DNA of 64,000 nucleotides from Monocercomonoides exilis PA203 (taxonomy: Eukaryota; Protista; Preaxostyla), in assembly GCA_001643675.2 (NCBI GenBank), contig LSRY02000025.1:124001-188000 (forward strand). Direction: 5' to 3'. This document shows, piece after piece, positions 10,901-22,000 of the stretch. The translations under genes and the position numbers were made by a program. Within the stretch, counting starts at the first letter, position 1, and each line of letters opens with the position of its first letter. Below the pieces are notes generated by a model. It was given only the letters and a program-made list of their open reading frames with translations, made no database searches and had not been told where the DNA came from.

Positions 10901-11330
10901 TCACACTCTCATTTCTCTTCTCATTTCCGTTCACCTGATACAGGAGAGCTTGTGAACAAAGAAGAACTAGCTCCTGAAGCATAGTTAGATGTACCGATGA
11001 AGAAGAGGAAAGCAGCTCAAATGATCATCCTTTTGAACCGCACAAGGATTTGATTGCAATGATGTTGCTGTTGTGAGAAAGCAAACTGAATGACAAAATT
11101 TAGGAGCTTGCAACCAATCTGCCAAATGAACAGCTTATATGCATCAAAATGTCTATGGTTTGATCCTTCACGAAGTCAGAAGAAATGTCTAATAAGAAAC
11201 AATTGAAGAAGAAACGAAGTCGACAACAACGAGATGAATAAGGTTTTGTTGATGGGAAAGGAGAAGACTTTTTAGAAGTTTGAAATTTGAAGAAGAAGAT
11301 ATTGGAAAGGAGGGAGAAAATGAGTGAGAA
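7990..11330. pseudogene. Mosaic of degraded fragments of lineage-specific multicopy protein families
   Basis: Coding-like composition but only short stop-riddled frames on both strands. 10615-10857 (EFCTSQINAFNTR) is homologous to ~31211-31420 (EFCTLQIDAFDTR). Confidence 0.5.
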
Positions 11331-12180
11331 TGCGGAGATGAGATGATTGAGAAATATGAAATTTGTCGAATGATATTTCTGAAGAAGATTACTTGACTTC
11401 ATATGATGTTATCGAATGAATGCAATGACGTATAAAACAAGTTAACTTCACAAGAAAACAATAATCGAAATTGCAAAATTTCTGGTAGATGTTCAGTTAT
11501 CAGTCAATGAAGTCGGATTCCCTCAAAGTCATTTGTTCTCTTTCTGTGACTTTCTCTCCTTTCGCTTCAATAATGAAAAATGAAGATATCACTCAATTTC
11601 CACTCCTTTCCATTCCCCTCTTCCATTCAGCTCATGAACTTCTCAGAAAATATCAATCCCTTCCTTTTCTTCATCTTTCCCTGTCTATTCCAAAATATCT
11701 TCTCCTCTCGAAAATAAAAATACCTCTCTTCCAATCAAACACTTCAGAATATTCTTCTTCTTTCCTGCTTTTGACCTATTTTCTTTCTCTTCAAAATCCA
11801 TTTCACCAATCAACAATAATCACCTTCTTCATCATTCCCAACAACTTCTCTACATATTTACTGTATTATCTTCTCCAAATCAAGATCCACTCTTCTCCAT
11901 CCCTTTGTCTCCAAATTTCAATCAATCAAAAACCCCTCTCGAATCTAAACCCCTTTAAATAAACTCATCTTCTACCCCCTATTACAAAAAATAGACTTCC
12001 ATCTTCCCTCTGCACCGTATCCCTCCTGTGCCTGGTGTTGATGAGATTAACATCAAATACTGCTTTTGATGGTAGAGACAATTTTTAATAAGATCGATCA
12101 CGGCTGAAAAGAAAAAACCCCTCTGGACATCCACCACGATGTGTACAGGCTGAAAAGACACTCCAGTGAGTTACACGATA
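11330..12180 (-). repeat. Degenerate multicopy repeat/pseudogene (copy 2)
   Basis: Inverted homology to 6061-6850. Confidence 0.7.
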
Positions 12181-13033
12181 TATTTTGTGGAGAAGCATTC
12201 AATGCTACAATTTGACCATTCTGAGGCTGAAATGAAGAGATTGATTTATTTTGAATGATGATGGATATGGAAATGAGGTTGCTTGGCAAAAAGCAGTCGA
12301 AGGGCAGTTTGGCATTATATATTTTTCTATATATGAACATTTATCTGTTGAATGTTTTTGTTTCATTTTCAGGGTAGCCAGAGGAAATGAATGAAAATAA
12401 ATGAAAGGGGACATCTCGTAATGCAGGATAACGATGGAGTTTGGAGAAAGAATTTATATGGAAAGTGTGCTTGATGAAGGAATTTAGAATGAAATAGGAG
12501 ATGATATTCTTTGAAGAAATACAGAGCGCCTTGAATTGAGAAAGATGGAATTGAGGAGAAAGCAAGAATATTTAATTTTCAGAAGGAAGGGAAAACGATG
12601 CATTTGGTGGAAAAATAACAGCTGGAAAGGATTAATGTGAATTCGTTGTTAAAACCGTTGAAATTTATTAGTCAAAAACAAATGTTTGTAGATCTTCTTT
12701 ATCAATTTTGCAATTTCTTTGCAATAACATCATATAACAAATATTCACGAAAGATATTGATTTATTGTGTGTAATTAATTATTATTATCATGTTTTTGAA
12801 CAAGTTAACTTAGGTTTTGTTCTGTTTATTGATGTTCCGTTATTTTTTTAGACCAAATAAATAATTTTTTCTAAATCAAAAATAAAAACAATTTATTTCT
12901 GAGAAAAATCACATAACATATTATTATAACTTAATATAAAGCAATATTTTTTCTTGAATGACACTTTCAATCTTCTTTTTTGGGCAACACTTAATGAAAA
13001 ATATTTTTGATCAAACGTCGGAATTTTTTATGA

Positions 13034-15183
13034 CACAGTCTGTCCCAAATAAATGTTGATCTGTCCTTTTTTAATGTTGAGCATCCCGCAATAAATAAAA
13101 ATTAAATTTCCCACATTCGCCTTTCGTCATCATAAACATTTTCACAACATGGAAAATATTCAATTATTGGATGCCAGAACAGTTGAAAAGAAAAAGAAAA
13201 TAATAGAATCAGTTCCAACAATTTCAGAATTCAGAGTTAGTGCAGTTTTATTACCTGTTGTTCATCCTTTGGAAGAACGAATTCATCAAACCATAAAAAT
13301 GAGAGCATCAATGAGAGCAGAGGAAGAAAGAAGAAAGAAAATAGAAGATCTGAGAAATGTTGAAATTCATGAGAATCAAAAAATGAAAAATCCTTATACC
13401 AATGCAACTGATGCAAAAAAAAGGAAATTATCTAATCTTTTTCAAATCCATGGTCAGGAGAAGAGCGAAACATGGTACGCGAATGAGTGCACATATACAA
13501 CAATTGCAACAGCTAGGTACTTATCGAAATTAAAGGCGGGAATAGACATTACACTTCCATTACATCAAAAAGGGAGAAAGAAAAAGGTCGAAAACGAACA
13601 ATATCAATCAATTGTTCGGGAAAAAATGAAGCAGAATCCTTTGAATACAGTGAGGAAAATTGCTTCTGAATTATCAAATCATGGAAGCCCGATTGGGAAA
13701 TCAACAATATACCGTATTCTTACAGAAAAAAATAAAGATACCCAAAAATATCCTATTTTTTCCTTCAAAAGGATAACAAAGAGAGAATCCGCAGCTAATT
13801 CAGAAGAAAATAAAATTCTCCGTATAAAATTCATCGAAAAACTCAACGAATATCAAATGGATGGTGCAATGATATTTTATATAGATGAAACATCCTGGAA
13901 TGTGGAATGCGTCAGAAAATACGGATGGTCCCCAGTTGGAGAGAAGGTTCTAATTCCTCCTCCACCAGTTCATCAGTCACTTACTGCCATCACATCCATC
14001 TCTCAATCAGGAATGGGATATTCCGAAGTTATTAGAGGATCAATAAGCCATGAAATCTTTGAGGCATACATTAAAAGGTTTTTGTTATCAATAAAAGTCC
14101 ATGGATCATCGGTTATTGTGATGGACAACGCTTCAATATATCATCTTAACACAGACGCAATAATAATGGAAGCCGGTCATCATGTACTATACAATGCCGC
14201 ATATTCTCCTATGCTGAATCCAATAGAAAACGTTTTTGGTTATTGGAAAAAAAGAGCTGAAGAAAGTTATTTCAAATGGAAAGGAGAAAATCATTTTATT
14301 TCTGTGCTTGTTGAGACCTTCAAAGATATTACAGAAAGAGAAGTTCGAAGAACCATTGCTAATGTTGAGAATGAAATATGGCCAATGGTTTTGGAAAAGA
14401 AAAACCTTTAACCTAAACGTTACACTCATTTATTCAAACTTCATTTATGGACGAAAGAAAGATTATTATTGCATTTGTATTTATTTTTTTTTAATCTCAC
14501 ATCATTTTGTTTTCATTTCTTTTATTTCAATCAACGATCTTTATTAATATCAAAGGAAATTGGCTTGTTTGCTCTTTATAATTATATTTTTTAACAAAAA
14601 AGAGTGAATAATTCTCAAACATTTACATGTCATAATGTCATAAAAGGCTATCTATCAAAAAGAATAAGAATTGTGAACAGTTAACTCAAAAGAGTATTAT
14701 TGACAGTTTTGAAAGTTGTTTCAAAAACAAAGATTCAAATAAGCATTTCGTTTTTAAATGAATGGCACAGTTTTTCTTTTTTCATGGAAATTCCATCCGC
14801 TTGATTCAATATTTGAGAAAAAAATGAAAAATAAGTATTTCTGAATTAACATATTCTTTTATTAAAGTTATCTTTCCTATGAATCAAAAAATAACATTTA
14901 AAAAAGTTAGTTGGTTATTGACACACAATAAAACTTAAAAAACAACAAAAGTGATAAAGCAAAATAAATAATTTATTACAATCAAACATCCCTTGATATA
15001 TTCAAAGAAAAAATACATAAAAACTCAATAAATCTTGCTTTTATACTCGAAACAGTGTTTAACCCCTTGCCAATAAAATGTTTATTATGACGAAAGGCGA
15101 ATGTGGGAAATTTAATTTTTATTTATTGCGGGCTGCTCAACATTAAAAAAGGACAGATCAACATTTATTTGGGACAGACTGTG
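13034..15183 (+). mobile_element. IS630/Tc1/mariner DNA transposon, 2150 bp, 109-bp TIRs
   Basis: TIRs 13034-13142 and 15075-15183 (CACAGTCTGTCCCAAATAAATG...), 2 mismatches seen. Right flank TA, left flank GA. Confidence 0.95.
13149..14411 (+). CDS. IS630/Tc1-family DDE transposase (DD33E)
   Basis: HTH (TVRKIASEL...IGKSTIYRIL), FYIDETSW, VMDNASIYH, YSPMLNPIE. 33 residues between the second D and E. Uninterrupted 420-aa ORF. Confidence 0.95.
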   Translation: MENIQLLDARTVEKKKKIIESVPTISEFRVSAVLLPVVHPLEERIHQTIKMRASMRAEEERRKKIEDLRNVEIHENQKMKNPYTNATDAKKRKLSNLFQIHGQEKSETWYANECTYTTIATARYLSKLKAGIDITLPLHQKGRKKKVENEQYQSIVREKMKQNPLNTVRKIASELSNHGSPIGKSTIYRILTEKNKDTQKYPIFSFKRITKRESAANSEENKILRIKFIEKLNEYQMDGAMIFYIDETSWNVECVRKYGWSPVGEKVLIPPPPVHQSLTAITSISQSGMGYSEVIRGSISHEIFEAYIKRFLLSIKVHGSSVIVMDNASIYHLNTDAIIMEAGHHVLYNAAYSPMLNPIENVFGYWKKRAEESYFKWKGENHFISVLVETFKDITEREVRRTIANVENEIWPMVLEKKNL

Positions 15184-16093
15184 TAATAAAAAATCACCCA
15201 CATTGTTTTTTAAAACTTGATCCTAAAAATCATTTTTCATCAAAAACATAAAAAAATGTATGTTTTTATCTATAAATAAATAAAACAAATAAATATAACA
15301 GAAATAAAAGCTAAATACTCGCAAAAAATCATTTATATTCTTTGATCAGTGAATACCACTATAGATTTTATTTTTTTCAATTTTTGATCTTTTTTTTATG
15401 ATGTCAAAAAAAATCACACATATTGTTTTCAAGTTATTGTATTATTTGAATTGCATTCGTTTCTTTTTCTTGTTTATTTGTGCCGTATTTGTTTCCTCCT
15501 CAAATGAGACGTTATGTTCATCAAACATAATATCTGAAAAATGAAAAAAAGCTGAAAGATAACAACCTTCACGAAAAAGCCATTTCTGTATTTTTGAAAA
15601 AAAGAAATTCAATTTAAATGTGATAAAAAACAAACTGAAATAGATTACTAACTTCTCGGAGAAAAATAAAAAATTATTAACACTATAACTTGGAGAAGAG
15701 CTCAAAAAGAATTGCTTTTTCGAATTTATAACGATTTTTGAAATATGCAAATAAAAGTCTGATATTAAATGAAAAAGAAGTTAGTAAGTTAAAATGGCTG
15801 AAGTACAATTGAACAATAATTAAAAAGAATACAACAAAAAGGTAATATTGAACATGCAAATGCAATTCTCCGATAAATAAGGCAATGTCTGTTTTTAAAA
15901 TAAATAAAATTTTAACATTTTTTTTAAAAAAAATTGATCTCACAAAAATTAGTTGCTGAAAATAGTGAAAAATAATGAAATGTTACATTTACTCTGACAA
16001 TTTCATATGACACATCTTTTAAAAAATAAATAAATACAAAAAATCCATTTTTAATATAATTAATGAAAAATGAAATAATCACCAATATGCCAA

Positions 16094-19000
16094 TCAATTA
16101 TCATCTTCTCTGTTTTGTCTCAAGCTTGCCAATGATGTTATCACTTCATCCAGAAAAGGTCTGTCATTTGGCTCATCTGCCCACATCTTCTCCATCAGCT
16201 CAACCATTTCTTCTCCTTCAATTCCTTCTGTCAGTGGCCGAACACCATCTCTAATCATCTCCTGCGCTTCTTCTGTATTACACTCGCTCAAAGGCTCCTC
16301 TCCAGCAATCATTTCATAGAGAGTTAATCCAAGCGTGAACACCACTGATTTTTCTATTCCATCTGCTTCTTGATCAAAAGTATCGTTTGCATTTCCATAA
16401 CTCATTTCTGGAGCTTTCCATCGCTTCATTGCATTCTTCATCATTTCATCTTCTATTTCCTCTTCCATTACAAGCACTTCGTTTTCTCCTTCTTCCCTCA
16501 TTTTTATAAAAATTGTGAATGGACACAGATTTGCTGCCATCACATGAACACGCTCATCTCCAGTCTTAAGCAGATGCGCAAACAGCTTTGCAACTGCAAG
16601 CACTGTTTCTTTCTCATCCACAACATCCATCGATCTTGTCCCCAGAGTCAAATCTCCTTGAACAGAATGAATAATCGAATGCAATATTTGTGCATCGCTA
16701 ATTTGTCTTTCTCGAAATGGTTTTTTTGTTGAAAGCATTTTAATCTGTTGTTCAACCGCTGAATGCTTGACTGATTCAACAGTGGAAGCGAAAGGTTGAT
16801 CCAAATGTTCGGGAGAATCACTTTCGTCTCCAGTAAATCCTTCTAATTCTGGGGGCGGAGGTAATTCCTCAAGCTCTTCTTCAACAAGCAGAGGAATTTG
16901 GCTTGTCATTCCTTCCAGTAGAGTTGATGGCATCTCTTCATTTTGGAAGCGACTGTCTTTCACTTTGTTGGTTCGACTAAGTTTTTCTTCTAAATTCTGA
17001 ATATCTTCTTTCATCTCCAAGATTTTCTCTTCGGAACGTGTTGAAAACTTTCGAAGAAATACAATCAGGATTATTGTCATAATAACAAACAGCACGAGAA
17101 AAGCTGCACACACAATGCATGCGATCATCCATGCTGAGTTTCCACCTGCATCAGACTGTGAAATAATATCGTTTAACGAAGAAGAGTCGTCCTTTGATAA
17201 ATTCTGAAGCATGAGGATCGTCGTATAGCTTGGATTTCCGCCATTTTTCTCGTTGAATACGAGTTGAACTGACATCACGCTCTTATCCCCCTTTTCTGCG
17301 ATTTCTGCTTCTGGAACAGTTGCAATGGCTTCGGTTTCTGATACAAACGAAGAGAATTCGTGGTTGACAATCTCACTTGATGAGCTGTGGTCGTAAATAA
17401 TCCTGAATGATAGATCACACGGAATCAGCAGAGAACCACTCACTGTGATTTCACGGTTATCTCCAACAGTTCTGTTGGTCGCTCTCTTCAGCGAAGGAAT
17501 GAAGAAAGGCGATTGTCTGTCAGCAGCTGCACCAGAAAGCTTGCATCCTTCGTTCAGAATCCACAAAGATGATGTTGCTGCGTCTGATTCATCGCCACTG
17601 CCATCCACATTTTCAACAGTAAGCATCGATTCTTGTCCAACACAATGAATGTTCCGATTCACTGATTCAAAGCCGGGGATGTTCGGCTTGTTTCCCTCGA
17701 AATCGCTCTTTGAAAGAGTTGCATTGCTTTTTGTGATTGAAAGGCCGCCCTTTGCAGAGTTGGCAAAAGTGGCAATTTCAATCACAGCGTTGCTCTGCTC
17801 CAAATGAAGGAGAGAACCTTGCCATGTGCAGATTTCTGGATCATCCAATTGAGCATTTGTCATTCGCTTGTGCTTGTCATCGTTGACTTTTGCATTCTTT
17901 TTATTTGATATTGTTGCTGCTGATGCTGCTGAAACTGTTGAGCCATCAAAGAGACAATCATGCAGTTGGATGTCTGGACACGAGAAGAATGATGCAATGC
18001 TGCCTTTTGTGGATGGAGAATAGCAATCGATGAAAGAGCAATTCGTAAACTGCAAAGTGAACGGAGTTGAAGCAGAAAGAGAAGAATAAGGTGAAGACAA
18101 GGAAGACGAGGAAGAAAGAAGAGTTGATTCGCCAGAGGCAGAAATGACACAGGCACCATTTGTGGTTCTTTTGACGTGTTCAACAGTCAAAGTGTTGATT
18201 GTCAGCGCATGGTTGATTGCTTCCTCATTTGGCAATTGCAAAGCAGAAAATGAAGAATGTGATGAAATATCATCAGGATTTTTGTCTGCATTTATCAAAA
18301 TGACAGCCCCATCTTTGATCTCAATTGTTGAAATTTTCACTTTCAGCAAAGAACCACAAGATTGTGATGAGAAGGCAAAAACACTGGTATTTGAGTTGCA
18401 ATTTGTGATGTTCACCCGCTCAAGAGAAGCATTTCCTTGTTTGCCATCCAATATTCCATTATTTGCATTGATATTTGAAACAGTTGAGTTGCTCAAAAGC
18501 GCATTTCCTTCTTGTCCGGTTCTTATGAGAGAACCACCAACAGTCAACAAAGAGATGCTTGTCTTTAAAATATCTAATCTTCCCTTTTGAACACTAAACA
18601 GAGCAGAATGTATTGCCACTGTTTCATCTTCACCAGTGAATGAGCATTGCGTAATAGAAGTCGTTCCATTGATCTGATTGAACACAGAAACATGCTTCGA
18701 TTGGAAGGCCGAGCCAAAGGCAAAATCACACAAAGTGATAACAACATCATCTGCTGTTTGAATCAACGAAGAATCTGCTGATGTGCTGGCATATTCCTTG
18801 CTCAGAATTATCCTGCAATTTTCCTTCAAGCGCGATCTGACTGTCAAATCATCCATCACTGCCTCTCCTCCCACCTCTGCCTCATCCAAAATCCACAGAA
18901 AGCGCGCATATCCTTCGTCAATATGCTTCACTCCCTCAGAAACTGTCTGGCAGGGCGATTTAACTGACCCGCACGTGTTGTTGTCCAATGAGTCTGAGGA

Positions 19001-22000
19001 TGTCACAAAGATCTGCTCTGAACGGTAAAAACGTATCAAAGAAAGAAGATTAACGTCTGTTTTTGTTGCATCCGTTCCGCGAAACGCTTGGTCATCGCTA
19101 AATGAAGACTGCGAATAATCCAAACTAAACAGTGCATTCGTAACTTGCTCGTTAATGTTGTTGCAAAAGATAAAGAAATCCTTTCCTTCTTTTGCATTAT
19201 TCATTGAGAAATTAATTGCTCTCATGTAAAAATTCAATTTAGGTGACTCCGTCTGAGAAGAAGGAGGTTTATTCGGAACACAATCAAGATACAATCCACC
19301 CCCTCTTCCATTATTTGATGAGGTGCTGCACTGTGTGAACGAGCATTCTTCGATCCTCAAAGAGCCATCTGGTGCTGGATGATTAAATAGAATCGCTCCA
19401 CCTGTGTCCGAAGATGAGGAGCAGGTGCTAAATTGTGTTCCATTAATAATACAGTTAATTGCTTCGAAGTTTGATTTAGGATTCGGAGAAATAACACATC
19501 CGCCCGCATTTTGACTGAGTCCAATATTCGTAAAATTGCTGTTTGTGACGCTGACAATGCATTGGTTGTTTGTACGACGATCATTCTCAACTGAAAATTG
19601 CGCATTTGAAGAAGAAATAGAAGCAGATGCAGAAGGAGCAGGCGAAAGAGCAATTAGCGGTGAATCTGAAAGTGTGATGCCATCAACTTTGAAGTTATCG
19701 ATCGTTCCAGACACAGCAGACGACGATATTGCAAGAATTGACGATTTCAAATTCTGACCGTTCAACTCACAGTTTATGATGCTCACTGATCCTTGGAGTG
19801 CATTTATGATGAGTGTATTGCATTCGCTTGAAAAAACAAAGTCGTCGTTGTTCAGAATGAGATTAGAAACAGGTACTGAAAGCTCAATTAATGAAGTATG
19901 ATATTCAAAAGAGGGAGGGATGTTCAATGAAACATACTCAAATGTGCATTTGACTTTCACATTTATAAGTCCCTTTGTACTTGTTCCGCCATTTGCAATA
20001 ATCAGTTTTTGCTTTGGTGGAACTGGATCGGCCTGTTGGCTAACGCCATTTCCAATGATCAAATGCTCAATTTCTTCGATGGCCAATTCTCCATCAATTT
20101 TCGCTCCTTCCATAACAAATACTTGCTTTTTTTCAGCACTTTCTATCTTTCCCAGTGCTTTTTGAACAGTTTTGCACGGATATGCTGTAAATCCACACAC
20201 AACAACATCCACCCCATCTTCTCCCACATATGGAACATCACCATAAGAATGGAAGAAATAAACAAGCGGAATCGCGTTGTCTTTATCGCTTCCATCAAAT
20301 CCTTTCATCGAATCAACGTTTTCAATTGAAATCTGCTTGGCAAATGGAAGAGTTTGCTCTGTGATGCTGTCTTTGAGCGCGGCAGAACTTGCAAACATAT
20401 CTTTTCCAAACGAAGCAACGTTGACTTTATCACCTTCACCAAAAGTTGGAGAACTGATGACAAAATTGTTGGAATTAGCTGCCAAATCGAGATAAATGCC
20501 TCCTCCATAACCAATCATCGTCGGTGGATATGCTGGAGCTTTGCATGACTTGAAAGAGCATGAACTAATTATCAATTTTGTGCTTGCAACTGGTCGAGCG
20601 TAAATGGCTCCTCCCTTTCCGTTTGAGACAAACGTTTCACATTCCTCAAACACGCAGTTGTTGACGGTGATTTCGGAGGTAAAGTCAGTTGCTTTCGATT
20701 CTTCAATTAAGATTGCGCCTCCATTTGCTGAAATCGCTCTGCATTGCTTGAAAGTGTTGTTATTAATTGTTAGACTCTTGCTGCTTGTGACTTTGATGAC
20801 TGAGCATTCGCTATTACTTTCATGAGACAAAGTGGCATTTTTAATCTCGCATTTTGTTTTGCCTTCAATCAGAATGATTTCGCTTGTCCCTTGATTTGTA
20901 GTGAAACTTCCTGTTAGAAAAGAAATGACTCCAGAAACACTCGATTCATCTGTTGTCCGATATGCAATGAAATGCTTTTCACTAGCCGGATACACATCAT
21001 CCATTGAAAGATTATCCACATTCAGACATCCCGCTCCTTCAACCACAATAACATCATAATTAATATTTGTGACAGATTGTGCCATCACAACGTGGCTATT
21101 CCGAAAAGACAGCGTTTGAGCTGAACAATCAAACAGAGATGCTCTTGAAGCATTCAAATTCTCAGGAATTGACAAAGTGATTTTGCTTATCGAAAAGTCC
21201 ATTGCAACCGAAAAGAAGCATTGCTTGCTGTTGCTGGCATCTGTGTCTGTTATACTCACAGTGCTCTCTCCTTTTGAGCTTTCAAGACTCAACTTCTTAT
21301 TTGAAGAACTCAGATGCAGCGGCTTATCAATAGAAGACAACGTTTTGACCTTCACAACAGAATTATCTGCTGTAAATGTATTGAATCTCAAGTTGAGAAT
21401 ATGATTGATTGTCTCGCAAGGTGCTTCAGAAAACCCACAGCCACTGAAATCTCCTCCATTTTCATTCCCCACAAATCCAGTGGAAGTGAAATTGCTCCAC
21501 AAATAGACAAGCAGCGGTATGTCCAAGTTCTCATTGGTTGTCGAGCGTTCTCTGCCCATCATTGCATTCAAATCTGTTGGCAGTGAGTCAAAAACGAACG
21601 ATGAAGAAGAAACAACACTTTTCAAGTTGCTTGCATCGACAAAGACAAAAGTCTCTTTTTCTCCTGTTTGTCCAGCAGTTTTCGTGAATGTTAGCTTTTC
21701 AATGTGTAACTGATTGTCAGTTGAAGTAGATGGATCGATTGAGTTATCTAATTGAAGATATAACGAAGCAGAGGCTGTGCCCGAAGATCCGCTGCACTTC
21801 GCAAATGATGAACTTTTCACAGAGAAAGCATTTCCTTGTGTCATTTTCACAAATCCCACTGTTCCTGTTGAGCTAGTTGATGAAATATCATTGAAAGTTG
21901 ATCCTTCAATTGACAGTGAATCGCATTCATTTGAGTTAATAAGTACATCACTTCCCAGAACAATAGAAGAAAATGTGGATCTGTCAATTTTCAGTACGGC

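Noticed and set aside
14412-15074. Possible Fanzor/TnpB or other cargo in the Tc1 element
   Set aside because: No RuvC or zinc-finger motifs and no credible ORF seen on either strand in this ~660-bp AT-rich stretch.
15058-15074. piggyBac-like end TTAA-CCCCTTGCC
   Set aside because: No matching inverted partner seen in the window.
6922-15420. 8.5-kb composite transposon bounded by inverted repeats
   Set aside because: No TSD, and the unit is tandemly repeated on the right side, so it behaves as a dispersed repeat rather than a TIR pair.
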